From Podarcis pityusensis (Eukaryota): DNA of 64,000 nt. The notes beneath the pieces were generated by a model, which made no database searches, was not told where the DNA came from, and worked only from the letters and a program-made list of their open reading frames with translations. The stretch is taken from NCBI GenBank assembly GCA_964106645.2, contig OZ067044.1; one strand, given 5' to 3'. The position numbers and the translations under genes are program-made. This document shows positions 20,269 to 34,134 of this stretch, one piece after another (position 1 is the stretch's first letter; each line of letters begins with the position of its first letter).

Positions 20269-23200
20269 GCTGTAAACATAACAGAGCTTCTTTTACAAGA
20301 GTCTCAGGCATCTTGTTAGTGTAGGCCAGGGGTATCCAACATGTTGTTGGAGTACAACTCCCATCAGCCTCATCCATCATGGCCAAGCTAGTCCAACAAC
20401 ATCTGAATGGTCATAGCCTCCCTGAAATATGATATGTGCATGCATGCAGTGCCACCAACATTATTAGCTGGGATAGAACTCATAGTAAACATTTAAGCTT
20501 TTTCTGAATGGTTGCTGAGCAAGTTCATAGATACTAAATGAATTTCAAACAGAGTCAAGGTTAGTTATCCCATTACTACTAAAAAAATTAATGATGACAG
20601 ACTTGAGATAAGCTTTAGGAACTACCACCTGTGGCCTTGACCAAGACGTTCCTGCTGCATCAAGCTACAGGTCTTCCTTTGCGTAAGGTGAGAAACTTTA
20701 GCAAGGGCCTCTCCCACTATTTTTTTTTTTTAATATGAAAGGTCACAGTTGATCAAAGCAGCCAATGATGATATTTTGCATTGAGCTTCTCCCTCCCAAG
20801 ATTTTACCAAAGATTTTAAGTGGCCACACAATATCATTGCCATATTTAAACTGTTTGCAGGCGCATTTATAGGTTCTTAAAGCTTGCTGAGGCAATTGGC
20901 ATGCGGAAATTTTATTTTTTATTCAAGTTATGCATCAGCCTGGTTTTAGTTTCTTTGGATTGTTGTTTCAGACATTGTTTTAAGGTGTTTTGTAAGTTGA
21001 CGGGGTAACCCATCATCAGATCGACTGACAAAAATATGCTTAACAAATAAATGATGTTAACTATCCTTGTGAACGGTGTGAATAGTTCTACTTTGCCAGG
21101 CCAGGGTTCACTGAACAGTGGGGAGTAACTCAGTGAGGCCGATAGAGCCCAGACAAATGCATTGTTGAGGGATTTGATAGAAACCAGGTGGTTCTGATCA
21201 AAGGGTGGTTTGGTATTGAACACTGAGCGTTAGCAAAAGCAGCTAGTGTGCTGAGCATGCTAAATTCTGGAATTTGACTGGATTCAGTCTTGATTTGTGT
21301 GGCCTCATACTGTTTTAGCAGGGACATGTTGAGAAGGTTAATGTCCCATCTCTTGTTGCTCACCCACTCCCCCCTCTCTCATCACTGCCACATGCTGTCT
21401 GGGAGTTGTGCATCCTTGGCTTCATTTGTTGAGAGGAGCATCATGTTCTACCTTTTACCTCAATGTCTCTGTCAGACTCAGCTTGGGGAACAGTGAGAGA
21501 ATCCCCCTTGGCTGCTCCAAGCCTGCAGGTAAAGAGAACAGTTTTCTAAACTCTCTCCCACAAGATCTGCAGGGTCTGTTGGCTCAAAAACTTTGCCTAT
21601 TTCCCCCCAATAGTGATGCCATATTCCATGAACTTGTCAGCTGCTGTGACATTATCCCAGTCCTTACTAACTATTGTTTCCTGACCTTCTTTTATTCATC
21701 TGTAAACAAAGCCTCCATCACTCCAATGATGTTGCCCTGAATGTCCCACTGCTCAGAGAAGAAGTGGGTAGAGGTTAGAACAGACGCTTGTCGGACATCT
21801 GGAAACAAATACTCTGTAAGTGGATAATTGTTCTGTCCCAGCTGGCAACTCCTTCATACACACCCTTTTTCTTTTCCCTGTTCCATGGATTGAGAAAACA
21901 AGGCTCTGTTACTGTGAAAATGCATCATGTTTAGAATTAAAATGTGTTCTGAGAAAAATGATGCCAGTCTTGAAGGCAGGAAAAAAAGAGAGTCTCTGAT
22001 CAAAGATAATTCCATAATATTAATTTACTGGATAACCCCTCTTAGTTCTTTTATGAATAGCTGGCGCACAAAACATACTTTCTGTCCAACCCGATGCCTG
22101 GTATCTGATCTTCGATAATGTGTATTACTCTTTGAAATGCAGCCATTATTCTGTGTTATCATCATATTTATATGGGGGTCATGTTTTACGCTGATGTAAT
22201 ACAGCCTAATATACGCGAACATACATTGTATGTGAGAACATATATTTTTAGTACTGACCTTGAACTAACAGCAGTTTGATAGCAATTATCTGATCTAAAT
22301 TATTGTTTCCATTTTAGAGAACCCAAGCGTCTGGGAAGGGTTGTTTTTTTAAAAATCCACTATTAGTCCACAAACACATCATACTGAATGCACAGCTCTG
22401 TATAATATAATCTACAGTAAACCACTGGGAGCATTCACGATATAGCTGGGGTTTTTTTTGTGTGTAATGGCTTTTGAACAACCCATTTTCCTGAATAGAT
22501 GAAGTGGGCTCCATTTTTGCCTATAATCCTGAAAAAAAAAGTATGAAAGAAAGAAAACCCAAGGAAATGGAAGGTTACACAGGTGACAAGAATATGTTGG
22601 TGAAGATGCCTAAGTGCTGCTCCATGCATTTTTGTTTCAGAGATTGCCAAATTCAGCCCACCAGCTATTTTGTCACGGGATGACTCTGTAGACCTCATGG
22701 AAGGACATAATTTGTATCTGAAGGCTTTTACAAAAGCTTGTGGAAAATAAAAGAACCTAAATGGCTCTAGAAGGATATCATGAAATCCAGTTGACTCCTG
22801 ACTATCTCTCTAATTCCTATCAATTTTTGGGTTTTTTTGGTGAAGTAATTTAGAATGTGAATGCAAAAGAGGAAATAGAGTCTCTTATTACTTGGTTAGT
22901 TATATCCTGGTTTTGCTATAAAATTTTTAAAGTGGCTTACTTTTTAAACAACAGCAACACATACTGAGAAACAATTGTTGACAAAAAATGGAGTCTGTCC
23001 CCAAAAGAGCACCCATTGACTAGACTTCTCTTTTGACTTTAAACTAACACCCACTATGTTGCCCACTGACTTCAGCCCTATTCATACTCACATGATTACC
23101 ATCACTGGCCCTACCTACATCCCCTGCTGAACCTCCCCATTTCATCCATGTATTCATGGACCATGAAGTCTGAAGTGGGCAGCCTCCTCCAAATGTGTAG

Positions 23201-23456
23201 GCTCCTTGAACTCTGGGCAATCAGCTTTAACTTCCTGCTTGAAAGCTTTCCCCCATTCATGGGTGACCTGGAGTCTGAACACTTGACTAGGACTCTGAAC
23301 AGATGACCAGCTCTCATTCATGGTTCCATCAAAGCCCTACAGAATCACTTCAAGGACCTAAACCGTGGTCTGCAGGCTGCCATGGGAAGGATGCCTCTGC
23401 AGCAGCATCTCCTAATCTGCTTCTTTGGAAGGAAGGGTGGAATATAATTGAATAAC

Positions 23457-23487
<31 letters not shown>

Positions 23488-24075
23488 ACAAACAAACAAA
23501 GCAAGCTGATTGAGTGATAAAGTGCTCTTCAGACAGTGGTCTCTAAAGAAGAGAAAGAGTGCTGATCAGGAGATCAAATTCCTCTGCCAGTTCCTTAAAA
23601 ATCCTTATTCACATTATATAAATAGTACTTAGAAGGCAATAATTGCACCTGAGATTTAGAGAATAAATATGGATTTATAGATCTAATTTTGTAGAATGAA
23701 ATAATATTATGCCAATTTTCATGTACAACCAGTAAGGAAATGTCTCTCTCCTTACCTAGTTGGCTAGGTAGCCGCTAGTATACAAGGGACAGAGTCTGCA
23801 TTGGTATCAATTCTTATGGAATTTACATGCACAAATAATAGATACGTATACAGAAGAATAGATGTGTTATTGAGGGAGACTTGAAAACAACAGCAATGAG
23901 AGCAGGAAGGATCTTGGTAAAATTTAGAAAGAAATCCAGGAAATTCAGATTGGCAGCCCAGGGGCCCAATGCTAAACATATTTACATGGAAATCTCATTG
24001 ATTTCAATGGAACTGAAATCCAAGTAAGGATATTTAGTTTTACAATATAAGAAAGTTCTCACCAAAAGAGAGAAA

Positions 24076-24094
24076 ATGTGTGTGTGTGTGTGTG

Positions 24095-24129
<35 letters not shown>
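24076..24129. repeat. Compound (GT)n(GA)n microsatellite
   Basis: Direct reading. Confidence 0.9.
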
Positions 24130-24132
<3 letters not shown>

Positions 24133-26947
24133 TACCCTCCAGTTTGGAATCATTCATGGGGATGGGAGAGAAATTCAGTTTGATTCACATGCATGAACTG
24201 AAACACAGGAACCTTCAAAATTCACATTTCTCTGAATTTTGCAATGCAGTTCTCTGTCAAAAATAAAATGTATACAACCGTGGGAAATCTGAAAAAGTGC
24301 ATATATGAGTGAAAATAGCATATAAAAATGCAAAATTGCTTGCAAAAACATGTCTCTTAAAATAATGTGCATGAAAATACCAACAAACTTTTATGACAAA
24401 AAAGAATCACAAACTGATATACTAATATGGCAAAGCGAACTTAAAACAAATTAGAATCTGGGAAAAAAACCCAAAATTCCCTGCTTGGGAACATTGCTAC
24501 TACAAAATAGAAAATGAAGATATTTTTAAAAATAAAAAAATTAAAATATACATTCTAGTCAATGTGAGATTACATTTCATTTGCACAGGCAGAAAATGAA
24601 AACGAACCAGCACCTCAATGCTTAAGGAACCCAAAACATGTCACTCTGTGGTTATGCCAGTGTTTCTGACCTTTGTGGTCTTTTAAGCTCCATCTTCTCA
24701 AAGCTGGATACTCTGGCTCCATGCTCAAAAGTCTTCTGTGCCAAGGTGATAGAATGTGGCCTTCTTCAGTGGGGGAGATGTATTAGTCCTGCCTATTTAT
24801 AATTTAGAATGTGTTTTCAGCTCTTGCTCTTTGTTTTATATTGGCTTTGATGTATGTTCTATTTTTTGTAAGTTGCTTTGTGTTGCTTTTTGTAAAAAAA
24901 GAAAAAAGGGGGGGAGGAAGGGAGGGGGAGTGACTAGTAAGTTCAGTAAGGAAATGTATAAATAAACCAACAAAAATACATGACCAGTAGAAGAGGCTCC
25001 CCACTGCAGACATTCCCTTCCCAACACAAAACAAACACTGCCTTGCAGACCTTTGACAGAAATTCTATGTACAATAGAACAAATAAATGACAGTAGCAGC
25101 TGCTGTGGTGGGACAGGGTTGCAGAGCTGACCTCCCAACCCTGGTGTCACTGCAGCATATCTGGAGAGCACGAGGCCATGAGCAGCAGCAAGGTTGGAGC
25201 TGACCCTGCAGCCCTGAGCCTGCCACTCTTTCGTCCTACCCCACTGCCAGCCAGGTAAGCTGTCATAGTCTTCTTGTTGGTAGGAAGGCGCCATGGCTCT
25301 GCCCCACCTCACTGGCTTCTACTGAAGGACAACAGGTATGGCTACCCCCCCTTGGCATGCTTGCAGCTCATGATTATTACACCGCCCAAGCCCTCTTTCT
25401 TTTAGAGTTTTAACCCCTTCTGTGCAGTTCAAAGCTTTCATTTGTTTCCATATTCCTGTCTTGAAGGGCATCCTCCCAATTTGTACTGATTTTGACCCTT
25501 GATTCGTGAAATGGACATTAAAATCAGAGAGCAGATTTCTAAATGGGATATGTGAGTGATTTCGATACTCCTTTGCCTCCTAATTTGCACTCTCAGCAAT
25601 GTTTTGCAGGTGTTTTATATGACCCTATCATGCTTGGAAATAAAATGTGGCTGCACTATGTTGATAATATTCCAAAGTCATTTGTTTCATCCGTTGCTAG
25701 ATTATTAAAAGTGAAAAGATCATTCCAAGCAATTTACTTGCTCCCACCTCACAACCTCACAGAAAATTGTAATTAAAATGATACATCAGGGGACTGGGAG
25801 GATTAAGGGGTTGGAAAAATGATACAGGGGCTTTCTTCCATTCCCATTCTCTCCCTCCCCCGAGTTGCTGGCTCAAGCTTCGTCCAGGACAATAATGTGA
25901 AAAAGTATAATTAGTTCGTTGTGTTGCTCATAAAACTGGAAGATGATTTATTAAAAAGCTTAGGCCAAGCTTCTCATAGCTGTTGTCAGGACATTTCTGA
26001 ACTGCAACCACGTGCCTGCAACAATAAGTACTGGCATATTGTGCCAGTAACACTGACTCCTGGATGGCTGAGTCTTAGTCAGTCCTGGGAGTACATTGCT
26101 CCACATAGGAAGGATGATTACTTTGTGGAACAAGGGAGGCCTGTAACAAAGTGTGCTCCTGTACAGGGATCAAGCCAGCCATGCCTTTTTCCATGGTGCA
26201 CCATTTCATTCACTCCTCCATGCCCCCTCCTGATTTCCGTATTTTCCCCCAAGCACACACTCAGCATTCTGTGCTGACTGAGCATGCTCAGGTCTCACTG
26301 GATTTCATTGGTTCTCCACCTCCTCATAAGGTTATCCTTTAAATGTTTTTGTACTTCTGCAAATCTGGCGGTTTCAATGAGGAACCAAAAAAGGTGCAGG
26401 AACTCCCACTTTTGGGGGATGGACAACCCTAAGTTGATGAGCTTTTTAAAGGGTGAGCCAAAGTTGTTGAGCTTCTTTTAGGGGAAAAACAATGAGGTGC
26501 CGGAATGCACCAAAGAGGTTCTGGAACTTGGTTCCTGTGAGTTCTGGCTAAAACAAACCCCGGGTTTTATTCTTTTTGTTATGTTTTATTCTTTATTCTT
26601 TATGTTATTCCAACAGTGTTTATACCACTTAATTACATTTGTCTATAAGCTGTGCACAATGAGCTCAACGAAAACAACAGAGATAAAGTGTGTGCTGCAA
26701 TAAAGAAGCCTTGAACTGGGTGCCAGATGTTCAACAAGGAAGGGACCTGACCTCTCACATTATACAGAGTTTATAACCCACTTATTCTCAGCAGCCAGAA
26801 GCCTCATGGCCAGACACTGGAGAGACCTGTCAGGAGTAAACATGGACCAATGGTATCTAATTGTATGGGAAACGGCCTTACTAGAAAAGCTAACCAATAA
26901 ACTAAAACTGACAGGGGGACAAATAGAAGAGGACTCCTTCACCCCAG

Positions 26948-27023
26948 TGTTGTTGTTGTTTAGTTGTTTAGTCATGTCTGACTCTTCGTGACCCCATGGA
27001 CCAGAGCATGCCAGGCACTCCTG
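26948..27023 (-). mobile_element. Bov-B extreme 3' tail
   Basis: Reverse complement matches 16240-16308, including the (CAA)n tail. Confidence 0.85.
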
Positions 27024-30000
27024 CAATATTGTTTTCCCTTACTGGCTTTCGCTGGAATCAGGAAGTCAGTTCTGTCCCTGGGCGGGGACAGATAGTCGTA
27101 ACCAATGCCTAAGCAACCACTCACATTTATGTATTTTAATAAAGTTGTGGCCAAAATTATGCCAAAAACCTTAAACAAAATTTCTGTGTCAATTGTGATT
27201 TATTTGGGGGTGGCTTGGGGACCTCAACACACAACGAATTGTCTCTGCCAGTCATTGACTCTGGCTTTACCTCCTGCCTCACCATTCCAATGTGCACCAC
27301 CCAGTTCTTGCAGGAGTGGAAGACATAAAACCCCCAAAGAATTTGTTTCCAGGAGTTTGGGTCTGCAGAAGAAACCAGGCCGGGCATGTTCACGCACTGC
27401 ATAAACAACTGCACTTCTAAGCAGTGACATCAGTGCTACGGCCTCCGCATTCGGCACAGCACTGCTACATGCATGTCACCAAAATGAGATTATATGTGCA
27501 GCAGCTTGAAGTAAGGTACGGCATTCACAGTTCATCAGTTTCTGCCATTTGTGTTAGACAGTATCAATTGCTAGATTCCACCAAACCCTAAGCTCATTTC
27601 TGTAATATTTATATTGTCAATTTGTCCACAACACTGGGGCACTAGAGCAGAACTCCCTGCGCTAGATGTTACTATATACTGAAAATTGCATATATATATT
27701 TTTATTCTTCGCTTAACTGGCAATGCCATTACACATGAAAGGAAGAACACTTTAGAAAACAAGAGCTCCGAAATAAATGCTGTGCTAAGAATAAAAAAAT
27801 GAAAATGAAAAATGAAACCCTGAAAACATTTTTCATTGGAAAAGATTTTAAATCTTGGTTTCCTACTGAAAAATAGGATCAGGATTAAAGACAAGGCATT
27901 ATTACAATTAGATTTGTGGAAGACAACCTTGCAATGTTGAACAGCAAATTCAGGAAAATATTATAGGTCAAATTTATATATTATTTTGCCTGAGGTGCTA
28001 TAAAAATACCTATATAGAAGCACACTTTGTAATTTTTTTTCTTAATATTTAGCTCTTGTTTAGTCTAGGTCATTTTTTTCATTTAACAAAAACTATACTT
28101 TACTCAAAAAATTGTGTGATTAATGCATTGATTTAGTTTCCCAATGTGCACTGCTGCTAGGCAGATTCCAATATTATTTATTTTTATTAGTTTATAATAT
28201 GTCAATTTTTCTTGCTTATCTGTCAGCTCCCACTAAAATACATAAATCAAGGATATAGCAATGTGGACACTAACAAGGCATAATTATTGTAGGGCCTGTC
28301 CCCTTTTAAAGAAAAATACAATTACCTACCAGTATGTTGCTTAGATTAGGTCAGAATTTGCATAATCCTGACTCATATTTCCCTTAATAATTTTAACTTC
28401 AGACAATAGGTTCTGCAAATCTATATCCCTTTCTCCTCTTCCCAATTTTATTTTTCAGACTGAAATAATAAGTTCAGTCAAAACAAGATCATTATTGCAG
28501 TCTATCTCCACCAAAAACTTTAATTACTAAATGGTGTGTGTGTGTGTGTTTTGGATGAAGTCAGGATTTTTTTATATATATAAGGCTGGACCTTTTAAGA
28601 TCATCAACAACAACTGTCAATTAAGTCTGCCAAACTATTATTTATTAAAGTGAAATATATTCATTTTTTCCAGAGATAAATATTTAATAGAAAACAACTC
28701 TATCACTGCAGGAGATTAAAGAAGAATTCCACTCCACTGTAACCTTCATTAAAAAACAACAACAACAGTGGGATTTTATTTTATTTTTTGTCCTTGGCTG
28801 CATAACCAAATAGCAAACGATGAGATGAAAACAGTGGAAAAGTTTTTCACTCCAGCACAATAATAGCATGTGAAGCAGAGCCTTATGAAATCCCAAGTAG
28901 CTGAATATGCAATGAATGATCCTCTCTGAAATAAGGCAAAACCAGGGCTTGCATCCAGGGTTAAATAACTGTGATATATTTATAGAGGGCAAGGGATCAT
29001 CATAAAATAAAGCAGCAAATAGTAAAGAAGTCAATGTAAAAGAGAGGCCAGGGATTTAGGGTATAGAGATCATAAATTTTCATCGATATAAACAGCCCAT
29101 GTACCTCAGGAGCTAAGGTTTAGCTATAATTTCAGCGCTGACCTATAGGCTGCTGGTGCTCACAGTGCATGCACGATCAAGATGCCATCTCGGGAGGAGG
29201 AGGTGGGTGGGTGTGGGGAGGAAATGTAGCAGATCTGTGTGATTTACTCATTTAATCATCTCCAAATCCACCCCAAACACAGCAGCGCCGTGCTGAATAT
29301 CAGTACTTGAGAGGATTTTATTGTCCCAGTAAATTACATTTAATTCTTACTACGGCGTCACGTATAAACAAGTATAGTGAAGGATTTCTTCCCCTGAGCA
29401 TCCCTGTGCAGGGAAAGAGGAAGGAACCACTGCAAGGAGCACATAGATCTCTCGTGTCACTCACCAGCTCTGTATCCTTCAGATCACTCAAATACACCAG
29501 TCAGCTTTTAGCAGAAATGGATGCTTCCCGCACACCCTCCCACAAATATGCATACACAGCCTGCTTCTCCAAGATACCATTTTCATATTAATAATAATTA
29601 ATAGCAATAATGATAATAAAGGATGATGGCATCCACAGGAACCACTGATGCTTTTAGCCGGGGCCTAATTGCCCTTAAAGAGAATTCTAAATGCTTTCCA
29701 AATGACTCAAATGATCTGGCTAAACAGCTTGCTTGCTCCTTTCTATTAGTTTGAGTTGGAAAACATTGTGTCAGCACTAAGTGAGCTTTTTGTTCTCATC
29801 TCCATCCTAATGGACAATCAGTTTGTAGAAGACACCTCACCCACGTACTTATCTAAGAAGGGGATAGTTAATGGTCAGAGGTGTGGCGTGGGTGGGGGGG
29901 GAAGAGAGAGAGATGTTTCAGCCCCCGCTGGAAGTAAACGAAGATTTTGAAGAGGAAGGTTGTATTGACAGCCTGTTATGGACAAGACGTTACGAGCTAC

Positions 30001-31190
30001 ACAACTACCAAATTGACACATCCCTTTTGTTGTCTGCAGTCTTTACAGTGTATTTCCAGCCTGGAAAAAACAAATTTCTGCATGATTGCTGCGACGTTTG
30101 CGAGCCTCGCTGGTAGCTGCAAATAAAATCAAGGGATAGAGAAATGCTTGTTGAGGACTTTGGGGGCCTGGTGCTATAACCCCTGTCCAAGAGAGTAATT
30201 CTTGCTCATATTAGTCCTATTGATTTCACCAAGCCCACTCAAGTAAATAAGAACTGGCCCCCTGAGAAGAGGCTGTAGGGGAATAATTCAAACAAGCACC
30301 CACCGACGCTAACAATCCCTCAAGCCATGTTTATCATTCCGTAAGCTTTGCTGAGCCCTTCAGAGTTCATGCAAAAACACACACACGACGCTCTACAAAT
30401 TCCAATGAGATAATTGACTTTTTTAAAAAAAAAAGTCGGAGAGGGGGAGGGGAGCAAATGTACAGGTGCTTGTTTTCAAATGTAGTGTCTGGAAAAGTAG
30501 CAAAAGGCAGCTGTCCCTGAGTTTTCCGGGAAAGGGTTCAGTTCTGTGGCCACTAGGTTGTGCTGTTGTATAGAGAACAGGCATTTGGGGTTTTTTTGCC
30601 TCCTGCATAAGAATAGTTTCACGCTGTGCAGAATCTTGTAAATACTGTTTTGCATTTTTCACTAACAACAGAAGTATACAAGCCAGAGTGAGAGAAGGAG
30701 AGAGAGTGAGACTGTCATTTGCTTCCTCCTCAAAGCCAGGTTAGCCATTTTTGTGCTCTGCGGTGGGTACCCTGAAGATACCTACCTTGCCATATAGAGT
30801 GTGTGTTTATGTGCCACTAAGACCATGCACTTCCCCTTCACAAAGCCTCAGCTTGATATGTTTGTTCTGAGAGGCCTTTCCAAAGCTCTTATGGGCTTTC
30901 TGAAGTTAAAGGCAGAATTTGCCTCCCTTTCCCAATTTGGCGCCGTACTTTCTGCGGCCTGCACAATAGACGTTATTGTTGACCATGGTGATGTGCAAAG
31001 TGCTTTACAATTCTTACTTCATTTATCACAGCAACACAGTGAGATGGCCCAAGGTGAGAAACAATGACTTGCTCACTGCCACAGTGATCACTCGGCACCC
31101 TTCTGAGTGAGGCCTCCCACCTGCAAACCCAAACCACGGAACCAAATGGGCATTCTTAGTATAAAATGCTGTTTTCACATTTGAGATCAA

Positions 31191-31309
31191 AGAATCAGAG
31201 AATCTGAAGGGACCCTGAGGATCATCTAGTCTATGCAGCTGTCCCACACGGGGATCAAACCTGCAACCTTGGTATTATCAGCACCACACTCTAACCAACT
31301 AAGCTATCC
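31191..31309 (-). mobile_element. tRNA-headed SINE with CR1-like tail
   Basis: Minus-strand head ggatagcttagttggttagagtgtggtgctgataa..ggtttgatcc, tail tagatgatcctcagggtcccttc; second copy at 62860-63011. Confidence 0.7.
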
Positions 31310-33399
31310 AGGATGTGAATCATCATTAAGCACAATAGTCCCCTTACATGTGCAATACATATGGAACATACACAAAGACTTTTTGTTGCTTATGTGTTTG
31401 AAAAACTTAATTGCTTTTCTCTTTACATGTTTTTCTTTTCCATTCCCACCGTCCAGCAAAAAAACAAAAAACAAACAAAAAAAACCTTTCAAAATAATGT
31501 GGTTTCAATTTGGGCAATATGCTGATGTAACCTATTTGACATCATGCAAGCTCTCCTGAAAGAGGCTTCATTCTGTATATATCCAGTTGGTTTTCTAACA
31601 CACTTCTCCTCCTCATATGAACTGTGTTTTATTAAGCAAATGACTTACAGGTATTTTGTGCATTTGTGTGTTTTAAGAAGAACAATCCATTCCCCCTCCC
31701 CTGCTCGTCTTTGGTGTAAATCTTTCTATATTTTGCTCTATGGATTAACACCTTCCTCGTCCTTCCTACTCTTTGGTAAGCTGAGACAGTTATAATGAGG
31801 AGCAGAGCCAGGGGCTCTCTCCATACCAAAGCTGTCGGGGAGAATAAGGTCATCTCAAAAGACTTGAGTCTGCAATTGGTTAGCTTAGTTGGCCTGGTAT
31901 AAGACTTACATTTGGGAACTATCAGCCTCAGGTTTTGAATCTTTCAGTAACAAATTCTTTGCCTGTTAATTAATTTCTGACTGCTGTTGTAGAATACAAG
32001 GACCCTTTCCCCCAAAGGGTACACAGATTAAAAAAAACCAACCAATTGTACTGATTATGAGAGCACAAATTGCATATAATCAACCCATAACAGAAAGCTT
32101 GATATTACCAACAATGATGTAATCTAAGAAACAATAAGAGATATAAAAATGTGTAGTCCAGCTTTTGTTTTAACACTCAGTTGCTTAAATCTTTTGATTC
32201 ATTTTAAGGGAACTATAAATCACTGACAAAATTCAAGTGCTTTCTCTACTAAAGCTGTGAGTAAGTCACAGATTCCCTCTCTAAATAAGGTACACTGAAA
32301 TCTCAATTGGGGATATCTATATCTGAATGACATGAGAAACGAAGTCCCAAAACAGAACACCAGTTGTACAAATTCTATCCAGCAATTAGAATTGTGAATG
32401 CAGAATTTGAAGATTAGTACAGATTGTGGAACCCAGCACTTTTCATGGGTGCCATTCTCAACCCTTCCTCTCTTACGCATGTGTCTTATGAATAAAATGT
32501 CTGCAACATACAGTATGTGTACTTACAGCAGGGATTCATAAGTTACTTTTACCGAAAACTGCAAGCATCTGTTTCTATTGAACATTGCCATATGAGGAAA
32601 GAGCAGTGGTGGATGGTAGAGCACTGCCTCTCACCTGATCTCAATTCGCTTGCTTCACTGCTGATTACTGGGAGGTAGAGGGGAAAGGGCAAGGCTGTGG
32701 AGAGGTTGGCATAGTGCAAATGCATCAGCAGGAGCCCAGAATTGGCTCTGTTTTCACCATGCTGACCTCCTCACCCTGTCACCCTTCCCCTTCTCCTCAT
32801 GGTAAGCAGTAGCAATGTGACTGAATGGAGGTCAGGTGAATGGTGGTGCCCCACAATGCCATCTGCTACTAGGAAAGAGCACATGACACTCTTGTGTCCA
32901 CTCTTGTAGATTGTGGTGACAGAAGAAGCATGGAGGATTATTAACTCAACACAGGGTTGCTGAGTGGTTAGCTGCACCAAGAATGTGTGACTGACAGTAT
33001 GACCCACACCTGATATTATAGGGTTGCCATATTTAAAACAGTGAAAATCCCAACAGAAACATCCAGATTTTTCCAGACATTTTACTAGTTTTCGCCTGGA
33101 CGCTGGTGCCAACTGAAGTATTCCGGATATGTCTGGGAAATCCCTATGATACGTTGCAACCTCCATGCCCCCAATGCTACCCCCAACACCCTCAGCTCTG
33201 CCCCACAGCCCCAAGAGCAGCACTCAGTAGTGGATGCAGCTAACCAACTCAGGAGTCATTGTGTATTTTTTTTTATAAGAACTTAATCGGTTCTGAATGA
33301 CTATGATCTGAACGTCTGAATAATATTGGCACATTAACCAGAAGTTGAGAGGAAGAGCCATGCTGTGCTATAATACAGCATTACTGGACACAAGAGGGA

Positions 33400-33665
33400 A
33401 TGTTTATTTGTTTATATACCATCCCTCATCTGCAGATCCCAGGGCAGTTCACAACACAACAGTACAAGATAAAAAAACACAAAATACATAATAAAAACAA
33501 GAACAGAACAGAACAATAAGCCCCTTTCCCCACCACACACAAACACATTGAAAAGCATGATAATCAGCAAAAGGCCTGGTTGAAAAGAAACATTTTTGCC
33601 TGGTGCCTAAAGGTGTATAATGAAGGCACTGGCCAACTCTCCCTGTAGAGAACATTCCACAAATG
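33400..33665 (-). mobile_element. L2-type LINE 3' fragment
   Basis: Reverse complement of the tail family seen at 55640-56145 and 1085-1177. Confidence 0.6.
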
Positions 33666-33915
33666 AGGATGCATAGGGGATATTTGATACCTATGGCTGC
33701 AAAGAAGGAATTGATCTAATTCAGGGAGCTTGTGTGAAGAATCAAAGTGGGACCTTCTGCACATTTAATCAATATGTGGTTAATATAGTTTTCCCAATGA
33801 AAACTGTTATCTGAGCCCGAGAGCTTAATTTAGGTGCTCTGTGACAAGAACACATAAAATCTCCATATTTATTTTAAATTGTATTCATATTGCTTATTTT
33901 ATTTCTTATTATGTA

Positions 33916-34134
33916 CAGTGGTATTTCTACTTACAGACACAATCTGTTCTGGGGTGCCATTCACACCCTGAAAAGTCCATAAGTAGAGCACCGCTTCTGT
34001 GCATGCGCGTGATGCGATAGAGCGCTTCTGCACATGTGTGAAGCGGCGAACCCGGAAGTAAACACTTCTGGGTTTGCCGCATTCATAACCAGAAAAAACG
34101 CAATGTGAAGCAAACACAACTCAAGGTATGACTG
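33916..34134. mobile_element. Diverged Tc1/mariner-pogo-type MITE
   Basis: TA + cagtggtat ... ggtatgactg + TA; CpG-rich interior. Confidence 0.55.

Noticed and set aside
21580-21770. Myb/SANT-like (Harbinger) relic on the minus strand (FSEQW..LF..KDWDNVTAA)
   Set aside because: Needs stops and a frameshift; resemblance too weak without an HMM search
29281-29298. REST/RE1 site
   Set aside because: Only the TTCAGCAC half matches; the GGACAG half is absent
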